From Octopus vulgaris (taxonomy: Eukaryota), in the NCBI GenBank assembly GCA_951406725.2, contig OX597825.1, positions 88,412,001 to 88,476,000 on the forward strand: DNA of 64,000 bases. The letters are read 5' to 3'. The stretch's first letter is position 1. Every line of letters begins with the position of its first letter. The position numbers were made by a program, and so were the translations under genes. Positions 53,796-64,000 of the stretch are shown piece by piece. The notes below the pieces were generated by a model. That model had not been told where the DNA came from. It ran no database searches and saw only the letters and a program-made list of their open reading frames with translations.

Positions 53796-53817
53796 TATAA
53801 ACTATATATATATATGC

Positions 53818-53869
<52 letters not shown>

Positions 53870-54307
53870 ATGTATATACATATACATACATATATATACA
53901 CATATGTATATCTGTGTTTATATATGTATATACGTATATATTTTATATATACACACATATATATATATACACATAAGTATATATATACAAACATATACAT
54001 ACATACGTATATATATATATATATATACATATATACTTACATACATAGATACATATGTACACATATATACATACATGCATATATATACTTAGAGCTAGAT
54101 AGATAGACAATATGTTTCTGATATATTTCAGCTGCTAAACGCAAATTCACTGCAGCTACCGTGGAAAATAAGTTGTCTAATCCGACTGGTGCCAGATATG
54201 GTGTTTCTACACTTTTTACCATAAAAAAGAATCACTTTCTCCTTCATAACTCCAGTGAATTTGCCTTTAGTAGCCGAAATATACATCCCTCCCCCCCACA
54301 CACATAT

Positions 54308-54408
54308 ATGGGGAAAATTCGCAAAACAAACAACAAAAGACGAAGACAGGTGATATAGACGACAAACAGATGTATTAGTTTAACGCTCCGGATATGAAAA
54401 AGTCTTTA
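54308..54408 (-). mobile_element. PLE 3' terminal fragment (29370/32790 family)
   Basis: Reverse complement contains gagcgttaaactaatacatctgtttgtcgtcta..cacctgtcttcgtcttttg. Confidence 0.75.
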
Positions 54409-54659
54409 GGGTACAAGGTATTGTGTTTTCAATCAGCAGACCATCTCTTGAGATGATTTGAAAACAGAACGCCTCATAACCTGAGGTGTATCTTTTCAAC
54501 CACACTGGTGAGATTTTGCCTTATAAAAAGATTTAATTATTGTAATTTAATTTTAGGCTAAACTGAATAGCTGCAAGAGAATGTTTAGGATTTTTGCAAT
54601 TGAGAAATTATATTAATGCTACATCTCCATTTTCTAAATATTCTTTATATCTATATTCA

Positions 54660-54866
54660 ATATGTGACCGCGTGTGTATTATTCGCGATTTTTTTCCTCC
54701 GTCTTCCCTTCGTTCGATCTTTTGTTTTCCTATGTTTCTGACGAAGAGCTCCGCTCGAAACGTTAAATCCTCCATCTTTCTTTCCTTTCATGAGCGTTCA
54801 ATAACACTATACTTGTTCCACATCCTCGCGTTGTTGTGATTTCTCCTTATGGTTTCATGTTTTAAT

Positions 54867-54872
<6 letters not shown>
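54660..54872 (+). mobile_element. PLE 3' end with intact minimal hammerhead (54734-54768)
   Basis: gttt-CTGACGA-a-GAGC-tcc-GCTC-GAA-ACGT-t-aaat. Ends at a long TA array. A short inverted tail fragment of this family occurs at 59576-59612. Confidence 0.8.
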
Positions 54873-54916
<44 letters not shown>

Positions 54917-54953
54917 ATACATTTTATATATATATATGTATATACATTATATA

Positions 54954-55004
<51 letters not shown>

Positions 55005-55525
55005 ATACATTATATATATATATATATATATATACATTCTATATATATATATATATATGTATATACATTATATATATATATATATATATATATACATTAT
55101 ATATATATATATATGTATATACATTATATATATATGTATATACATTATATATATATATATATGCATATACATTATATATATATATGCATATACATTATAT
55201 ATATATATATGCATATACATTATATATATATATATATATATATACATTATACATATATATGCATATACATTATATATATATATATGTATATACATTATAT
55301 ATATACATTATATATATATGTATGTATATACATATATATATATATATACATTATATATATATATATGTATATACATTATATATATATATATTATATACAT
55401 TATATATATATATTATATATATATATAGTGTATATACATTAAATATATATATATATATGTATATACATTAAATATATATATGTATATATATATATATATA
55501 TATATACATTATATATATATATATA

Positions 55526-55560
<35 letters not shown>

Positions 55561-55704
55561 TTCTAAATATATATATATATATATATATATACATTATATA
55601 TATATATATATACATTATATACATATATGCATATACATATATGTATAAATACATTATATACTTATAAACATATATATATACATATATATAAACATATATA
55701 TATA
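54873..55704. repeat. ~830-bp compound (TA)n array punctuated by TATACAT units
   Basis: Directly visible; the longest of many TA/TG/CA arrays. Others lie at ~795-858, 4243-4302, 5215-5375, 8890-9140, 14774-14854, 28570-28860, 32866-33068, 35484-35920, 38590-38700, 38963-39241, 39803-40150, 57958-58024 and 60050-60375. Confidence 0.95.
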
Positions 55705-57954
55705 GATTGGCCTGAATGTCTCTCCACACCGGACATAAACATGAAACACAAACACTTCATGTCCATAATACAAGCCATATGTGACAAATATGTCCCAATG
55801 TGCAGGGCCAGCACACACAAGAATAAAAACAGGATCCCTAGAGAAAGGAGGATTCTTATGAGACGACGGACAAGGATTGCAAACCGCCTGAGCAAGCACA
55901 CCAAAAGTGGTGAGAAGTCTCGGCTCGAAAGAATGCTAATGGAAACTGAGAAAAGTCTACATCAGTCCCATGAAAAGGAGAGAGCAGATAAAGAAGCTTG
56001 GGTAATAGAAAATATAAAATCAAACCCTAAAGCTTTCTTTAAGTTTGCCAAAGAGACAGCCACAGTGCACCAGAGAATAGGACCTCTCTTCCAAAAAGAT
56101 GGCTCTCTCACAGGAAATCCCACGAGGATAAGTGAAATACTGAACGAACAGTTCCAAAGTGTATTCACTACACCTCTAGGACACAGGCAAGTAAACAACC
56201 CAGAAGAATTCTTTGCCACTTTACCAGCGGCCAAAGAGACAAAAATTGAGTACATCAACATCGAAGAAGATGATATCACACTAGCCATTGATGAGATTGA
56301 CACAAACTCAGCTGCTGGACCTGATGGATTCCCAGCGATCCTTCTCAAATCGTGCAAACGAGCCCTTGCAAAACCGCTACAGCTTCTTTTTCAGAGCTTT
56401 CTTGCAAGTGGTAAGCTCCCAGTCAAACTGAAAGAGGGGGTAATATGCCCTATCCATAAGGGAGGTAGCAGAGCAGATGCTAAAAATTATAGGCCTATCT
56501 CTCTGACCTCACACATCAGCAAAGTCATGGAACGAATAGTCCGTAAGAAACTAATCATGTTCCTTGAAGAAAATGACTTACTGTCTGACACCCAGCATGG
56601 ATTTCGACCAGGTAGAGGCTGCCTAACACAGCTCCTGCAACACTATGACTGGGTGTTGAAACAGCTACTAAATGGCTCAAATGTGGATGTAATATATCTT
56701 GACTTTGCAAAAGCCTTTGATAAAGTCGACCATGGTATGATCTGTCACAAACTGCGTGGTCTCGGCATAGGCGGGAAACTTGGAGAGTGGCTGCACAACT
56801 TCCTAAAAGACAGAAAACAGGCAGTTGTGAGCAATGGAGCCACCTCCAGGGAAACGCAAATAACAAGCGGTGTCCCACAGGGCACTGTCTTGGGGCCACT
56901 GATGTTCATAGTGGCCCTTTCAGACATGCCTTCAGTTGCTACGATGACCACCCTTGCTAGCTATGCAGATGACACAAAGGTCTCCCACGCAATACAGAAC
57001 CCTGAAAATATTGCGCATCTGCAACATGAGCTGGACACAATATACAGGTGGGCTGAGGACAACAACATGCAGTTTAATGCAGGTAAGTTCCAGGCCCTGC
57101 GCTACTGGCACACAAAGGTAAATGACGTGAAGACTGGATACACTGGCCCAGGAAGAATTGCAATCCCTGAGTCAAAATCAGTGCGTGACCTGGGCATTGA
57201 CATGAGCAATGATGCATCTTTCCAAATGCATATTGCTAATCTGGTGATAAAATGCAGACGGCTAGCTGGATGGATTCTCCGAACTTTCAGAACAAGAGAG
57301 AAGGAGACACTGATGGTCCTATGGAAAACATTTGTCCTCAGCCGCTTGGACTACTGCTCCCAACTTTGGTCACCACACAATATAAAACAAACAGCAGAAC
57401 TCGAAGCAACTCAGAGAAGCTACACAAAGAAAATCGTCTCAATGCAAAATGTCAGCTACTGGGAAAGACTGAAGGTATTAAACCTCTTCTCCCTGGAGCG
57501 GAGGCGGGAGAGATATGCAGTAATATACATCTGGAAAATCCTGGAGGGTCTTGTCCCAAACTTTGGCATTCAAAGTTACTCCAACCGCAGAACGGGCGCC
57601 GCTGCGTGGTGCCAAGGATTCCAACATCACCATCAAAATACAGGTCCAGATACTGCAACAGCTTGGGTTTCAGAGGACCACAGCTTTTCAACATCCTCCC
57701 TAAATGCCTGAGAGACTTACATGGTGTGGATGTGGGTTTCTTTAAAACTAAACTGGATCTCTTCTTGTTGGGAGTCCCAGATGAACCTACCTCACGACAG
57801 GAGACACGGATGCGGGCAGCAGCATCGAACTCCCTTGTTGATCAAGTGCCACGTATCAGAGGTGGATTCACAAACTAGTGTGGCTCATTCAGCGGTGGTG
57901 CCCCAGCATGGCCGCGGCCTTCGGGCTAAAACATTTTTAAGGATTTAAGGATTT

Positions 57955-57955
<1 letters not shown>
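55705..57955 (+). mobile_element. young 5'-truncated CR1/L2-group LINE (RT ORF2)
   Basis: Stop-free frame from DWPECL through GPDGFP, NYRPISLTS, QHGFR, YLDFAKAFDKVDH, SGVPQGTVLGP, YADD, RDLG and RLDYC. One frameshift at ~57595 into RRCVVPRI..FRGPQLFN..KLDLFL..PDEP, ending at 57878. TTTAAGGA tail; (TA)n on both sides. The ORF start in the track (55627) is microsatellite. Confidence 0.95.
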
Positions 57956-58024
<69 letters not shown>

Positions 58025-58032
<8 letters not shown>

Positions 58033-58586
58033 TGAGGGTATCTAATAGACACCAACATGCCGAAATAGCAGTCGAAATTATGACTATAAAACCACGTTAA
58101 GTGTTCATGTCGCACCATGAGATAAAGCGGAGGGACAAAACATACAAGCAAAAATTATTGAATAATTCAAGATCCAAGGATTTCTGGTTTTGCTTTAAAT
58201 AAGCGTTACCGTCATCAATTGAATATATCAAGGGTACATAAATACAGATATATATATGCATAGCAAACGATATACTTACATATACGAGCGTCATACATAC
58301 ATACATATGCACGTATGGACATAGTTTGTGTCCATATCGTTTGCTTTGCATATATATATCTGTATTTATGTACCCTTGATATATTCAATTGATGACGGTA
58401 ACGCTTATTTAAAGCAAAACCAGAAATCCTTGGATCTTGAATTATTCAATAATTTTTGCTTGTATGTTTTGTCCCTCCGCTTTATCTCATGGTGCGATAT
58501 GAACACATAACGTGGTTTTATTTATAGTCAGAATTTCGACTGCTATTTCGGCATGTTGGTGTCTATTAGACACCCTCATTTTTAAT
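58025..58586. repeat. 562-bp near-perfect palindrome with two divergent hammerhead-like motifs (58165-58224 -, 58383-58442 +)
   Basis: Arms 58025-58273 and 58334-58586 differ by ~5 substitutions and one 4-nt indel. Motif attcaa-TTGATGA-c-GGT..GCTT..AAGC..ACC-a-GAAA-TCC-tt-GGA-TC-ttgaat. Confidence 0.92.
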
Positions 58587-58606
58587 TGTTAAAAATATAT
58601 ACCTTT

Positions 58607-58835
58607 GCACGGTATTTCTTCCATGCTGGCCACTTGATAATTTTGATACTTAAATATCGATATTATCCTCATATATAAATTTATATAATTCGTTATTATA
58701 TTCACTGCGGTGCTTCTTTTAACCATATCGTTTTATGGGGTGTTTTGGCGGGCAATTCAACTGGCACGGTATTTCTTCCATGCTGGCCACTTGATAATTT
58801 TGATACATAAATATCGATATTATCCTCATATATAA

Positions 58836-58844
<9 letters not shown>
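58607..58844 (+). repeat. ~80-bp direct repeat pair (period 157)
   Basis: gcacggtatttcttccatgctggccacttgataattttgatac.taaatatcgatattatcctcatatataaattta at 58607 and at 58764. Confidence 0.9.
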
Positions 58845-58896
<52 letters not shown>

Positions 58897-59049
58897 TTAT
58901 ATATATGTACACATATATATATTAAATATGAGGATAAAAGCTATGAGATTGTAACAAGTAGCCAGCGTGTAAAACCAAGTAAGGTAAAAAATTAATACAA
59001 AATATATATATTTTTAAATACATTAATGCAGTGAGGGTTGTTACTATAA

Positions 59050-59088
<39 letters not shown>

Positions 59089-59090
<2 letters not shown>

Positions 59091-59502
59091 CGCAAGAGTG
59101 GCTGTGTGGTAAGTAGCTTGCTTACCAACCACTTGGTTCCAGGTTCAGTCCACTGCGTGGCATCTTGGGCAAGTGTCTTCTGCTATAGCCTCGGGCCGAC
59201 CAATGCCTTGTGAGTGGATTTGGTAAACGGAAACTGAAAGAAGCCTGTTGTATATATGTATGTATATATGTAAGTGTGTGTATATGTTTGTGAGTCTGTT
59301 TGTCCCCCCACCATCATTTGACAACCGATGCTGTTGTGTTTACGTCCCCGTCACTTAGCGGTTCGGCAAAAAGAGACCGATAGAATAAATACTGGGCTTA
59401 CAAAGAATAAGTCCCGGGGTCGATGTGCTCGACTAAAGGTGGTGCTCCAGCCTGGCCGCATTCAAATGACTGAAACAAGTAAAAGAGTAAAAGAGTAAAA
59501 GA

Positions 59503-59503
<1 letters not shown>
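59089..59503 (+). mobile_element. tRNA-derived SINE (52498 family)
   Basis: Colinear with 52498-52956, with a shorter internal microsatellite at 59250-59300 and a (TAAAAGAG)n tail. (TA)n on both sides. Confidence 0.9.
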
Positions 59504-59576
<73 letters not shown>

Positions 59577-60300
59577 TTAATCCAAACATGAAATACAAGA
59601 ACGTGAGGATGTTGATTTTTGACAATGCTAAAAATATTTTTGTGAATCAGATTGTGTGCTACTAGAAAATATATTGTGATCCGTTGATAGCCTCTTTCTT
59701 TTCGTGTTGCCCTAAGTTGTTCTGTAGCTATCTCTTTTGCTCTTTGTTTGCGATATCGAATGAATTGCAAAAGTTTTATTTTCTTTTTTATAACTTATGC
59801 AGTTAAATTCATTGAACCAGAAATAAGGCATAGTATAAAATCCTGCATTCATTTACTAGTCACTTAAAATTAATTTGTGAAATACATTAACAAAACGACA
59901 CAAATAAAATACTAGCTTTTTAGTAATTCCCCTATGATATCTTTCACTAATATTATACAGTAAACTAATAATAAATGCGGAAGGGTTATGCGGATGTTCT
60001 GAATTATGAATGCAAATAGACACCACGCACACATGAACGTAAGCGTAAACATACACAGACACACACACACACACACACACACACACAAGAAGGCATACAC
60101 ACATATATTAACATACATGTGTATACATTTATAGTTATATGTATATGTATATGTATGCATACATATACATACATATATATATACATGTATACATACATAT
60201 ACATACATATATATATACATATATACATATACATATATATATATATATGCATACATATACATATATATATATGCATACATATACATATATATATGCATAC

Positions 60301-60367
<67 letters not shown>

Positions 60368-60424
60368 CATATACAGCAAAAATTTAGATTCAAATAAATT
60401 ATGCTTTGTTTGTCGTACGTAGCA

Positions 60425-61339
60425 ATAATAAATCAAGTATTGAGAGGATAAAAAGGAAAATTAGCAATTTTTCAAAGATTTTAACCTAGGCAGTAGTTAT
60501 GAACCTAACACTAAGATAGTTAATTTCCTAGACGTTACCTTAGACCTAAATTCAATGTTAAATTACCCATTTAGCAAGGAGGCCGAAGTCACTAGATATG
60601 TAAGTAAGTCATCTAATTACCCCCCGAATATACTAAAATCAGTAGAAAAAATATTTCTCGAAGAATTTCAAAATTATCATCAAATAGTGAAATCTTTAAC
60701 TCTCACTCTTACCATTACAAAATTGCATTATCCAAGGCTGGATATGACCAGGAAATCACCTTCCTTGATATGGATAGCTCAAATCTCCTAAATAATATAG
60801 TGAATGCAAATAACGTAAGTAATATAAACTCTCATACCCTACATAAACATAAATTAATAGAGAAAAAGAACCTAGTGTATAAACCTAATTATTGGAGTAA
60901 AAATAGTGAGCAGATCATAAATAAATATGAAAATGCTAACCTAGGTAAACCCGATAGGCATAAAAATAGTACTAAAAGGAATAATAATTCTCGTATGAAT
61001 ACTGATAACACTAATCCTTCCCACTCTTGCTTAAAAACTATAAAAGAGAAAATATCATTTGTCTAAATATCCCCTTTAATTAACCCATCTCGACGAATGT
61101 GTACAGTAGATTTAAATCTATACTGGAAAAAAAATTCCCAGTCTCCAATAAGTATCATGAAATAATTTCTAGATCAGTAAGAATGTGATATTCTACACTC
61201 CCAAACATGGCTACTATAATAGCTACATTTAATAGTAAAAACATTAAGTTAGCCAGGAGTAGAATGAATAGTAACAACAATGATAGTAATAATAATTGTA
61301 ATAGTAGCATTAACAATAGAAATAATAATAATAATAATT

Positions 61340-61396
<57 letters not shown>

Positions 61397-62815
61397 TTAA
61401 TGGTAATAATAAAAATAATATTAATAATGATGATGACAATAATAATAATAATAATAATAATAACAACATTGATATAAATAGTGATAATATCAATACCAAT
61501 AATATAGGTAGTAGAGATAAAAGTATGGCAAGTGATGATCGTGAGGATGGATTAATAACTAATAACCCTAATTTGCATAACAACGTCATTACTAGTAATG
61601 GAAGTAATACTAATACTAATAATAATTTAAATAACAGTAATGTAAGTGAACTGTCCTTAAATAATTCCAGTACCGGACACTATCCCCCCAGTTGTAATTG
61701 TAGGATTAGATCAAAATGTCCGGTATCTGGTTGTTCGGTCCAGAACGTAATTTATAAATGCACTATAATAACTTCTAGCAATAGCTTTCTTTATTTCGGA
61801 TGTTCGGTGGATCTTAAAAGACGTCTTAACAATCATTTTTCCTCTTTTAGGCTCAAATATAAGGCAGGTTGCACAACACTATCTAGCAAAATTTGGGAAC
61901 TAAAAACAAATAATATAGAATTAAACCTAAAATAGGATATAGTTAGAAGGGCGCAACCTTATAGAAATAGTAGGGAAGGTTGTCAACTTTGTTCGATGGA
62001 AACTTATGAAATTTTAAAACATCAGGGTAATATAAATCTGTTAAATAATCGTCTGGAGTTGGGAGCATATTGTATACATTCCACAACCCGAACGTTTAAA
62101 TACTTTAAATAAAAATTGTGAGTATTCCTATATTTTTCAAATTTTAACTTTTTATTATAATGATAATAAGAAATATATTATGCTAGCTTTCAATTTAACT
62201 TTCATAGATGACTAAAAAAACTTCACTGCAAACTTGAAATTGAATTTGTTTCTAAAATTAATCTAGCTTTAAAATTAATAAGGCTTTCCCCCAGTTAAAA
62301 ATTACTATGCCTACTCATAATAATAAGTGATAGGTTGTTTCCCCTTTTTTTCTCTAAATTACACTGTCTGTGAATGGGATTGGGACCATTTGACATTGAC
62401 TTAGTTTCTCTCATCAAATAGCAGTAATTGGCATTTATTAGTGGCAATTGCTGTTTTCACCATGAATTCCTTTTATGGAGTTCTGAAACCTCCTTTACCC
62501 CATTTCTACAATTAAACAATCTTTATTGCTTCTAACCTTACAGCAGTTAGGAACAACCATATCTTAGTCAGTCAGTGGAAATACTTCACTACCTCATATG
62601 TTCTTAAAATTTAAATCCACATCTTTGTCTGTATATCTACCTTCTCTACAATGTTGCCACTTGATTCGAAACTTTTTGTATTAATGGATAACCTCTATAA
62701 TTATCTGATGAGTACTCACCATATTAAATATGTTGTATTACAACATTTAATAAAATGATGTAGTACGAAACGATCGTACCAAATTACCGGAGTCATTCTT
62801 GTTGCTTATTTTGAA
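60425..62815 (+). mobile_element. 5'-truncated, disrupted Naiad-type Penelope-like element (RT end, thumb, Asn-rich linker, GIY-YIG, 3' UTR with hammerhead)
   Basis: IVNFLDVTLDLN, SNYPPNILK, RRISKLSSN, YSTLPNM, CNCRIRSKCP..CSVQNVIYKC..YFG..LKRRLNNHFSSF, LSSKIWELK, CQLC..LLN.R.E..CIH, stop at 62112. Terminal cattcttgttgctt is shared with 38568-38581. Confidence 0.92.
62698..62788 (+). ncRNA. type I hammerhead ribozyme motif
   Basis: CTGATGA-GTACT...TATTAAAT.TGTTGTA-t-TACAACATTTAATA...AGTAC-GAAAC-GATC-GTA, with palindromic stem III ACGATCGT. Proximal stem I is poorly paired in this copy. Confidence 0.75.
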
Positions 62816-64000
62816 TATATACATATACATGATTTGATAGCACCGTTGCCTCCTCTAGTAAGGGTGGATAGTTGCTGTCCTACACATTAGTTTAAATTGG
62901 AAATTATAATCATACATATATACATGCATACAATCATGCACAAACATACACATATGTATATTGAATATATCGATCAAAACATCAAAAATACAACACAGAA
63001 GATTTAACTGCATCACGGTTATAAGTGTTGCAAAAGTTGTCTATAAGATTTGAACTATGCAACTTGAGAGAAATGCAGTTTTACTCTGTCTTTACGGAGC
63101 AGATGAAACATTTTGTATCTGAACAAAATATACGGATCAGATATGGAGAAATACTATAGCAATCACAGTGGACATCCAAACGATTAAAAGAGAGAAAGGG
63201 AGACAGAGAAAAACAGGGAGAGAATTTTGCGTGTATATAAAGGTAGGAATTGTAAATACACATAAATGTATCTATATACTGAAACACAGGCATACGTGTG
63301 CACATACATAATGCCGTACACACAATACACAAATAAAACACAAAAAAACAGAACTTCCGGATCTGAACTCCTTTTCTTTGCAAGAAAAGAAGCCAAAATG
63401 TTGAAATGGAATTCCTGCTTTGTGTGATTGTTTGGGGGAAAAGGTAATAAGTCCCCAACATCCTAATCCATTGTGTTGCACTCACCTTTCCGGTGAGATC
63501 CATTTGATCGAAAATGCTTCAACAAATATTAACAATGTTGGCCAATCAAGTAGTGGAGTGGTTACACATTTTCTTCAACTACCATATACTACGATATAAA
63601 AAAAACGAAAATTATCGGAGGCAATTCGACCGGATGGCGTGTGCCAAGTACAAAGGTTTTTCTTGCAGAGTATTGAACGACTTAAGCCATACTACTAGAA
63701 GATGCCCCAGGATCTTTTTCCTATGTCTGTGATAGAACACATCCGTAGGCGATGTCTGGACTCCATGAAATCAATCAGTTCATCATCAATCAAAAACGAT
63801 AATAATATCAGTTGGGGTTATTATTGATAATAATGCATTCACAATTTTCATGTATATATACGCTCACACATACATGCATATATGTGTGTGTGTGTGTGTG
63901 TATAAATTTCAAACAATGAGAATGAGATAATGAATGTCGCATTAGGGAATAAAATTTCTTTATTTTAAAGCTACCATCGATTTCATGTTATGAAAGTAAT

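Noticed and set aside
54873-55704. CRISPR-like or coded array in the punctuated TA tract
   Set aside because: No unique spacers; units differ only in TA count, as expected from slippage in a eukaryotic microsatellite.
58097-58510. Two near-identical ORFs on opposite strands
   Set aside because: A trivial consequence of the palindrome.
61180-61940. In-frame TGA (~61186) and TAG (61933) in the Naiad-type PLE as possible selenocysteine or readthrough recoding
   Set aside because: Some Naiads encode selenoproteins, but this TGA is not at a conserved Cys position and the Cys motifs use normal codons. The TAG aligns with TGG (Trp) in the 38288-38521 copy, nearby frameshifts show decay, and no SECIS was recognised.

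Overview
Very AT-rich, microsatellite-saturated eukaryotic DNA, read here as intergenic or large-intron sequence. The SINE and repeat landscape resembles an octopus/coleoid cephalopod genome (inference). No host protein-coding gene could be identified, and most ORFs in the track are translations of simple repeats. The window is a patchwork of mobile elements: a near full-length but internally deleted Tx1/L1-type LINE (22565-26710, -), a young 5'-truncated CR1/L2-group LINE (55705-57955), an RTE fragment with an 11-bp target-site duplication, a Gypsy 5' LTR-PBS-gag fragment, five Tc1/mariner-superfamily relics (DD34E, DD37E/TRT, a rosa/maT-like piece, two mariners), several tRNA-derived SINEs, and remnants of at least three lineages of Penelope-like elements (PLEs). 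The strongest unannotated signal is RNA structure. About 20 complete, partial or degenerate type-I hammerhead ribozyme motifs can be read by eye on both strands. They sit at PLE 3' ends, inside long TA-flanked palindromes, and in one direct-repeat-bounded unit. One PLE carries tRNA-like Pol III A/B boxes between its endonuclease ORF end and its hammerhead. There is also a decayed, nested ~7.7 kb inverted duplication (9200-16877), and a 3' stem-loop with compensatory changes shared by SINEs and LINEs. All calls were made by eye, so coordinates may be off by a few bases and no ribozyme activity is demonstrated.
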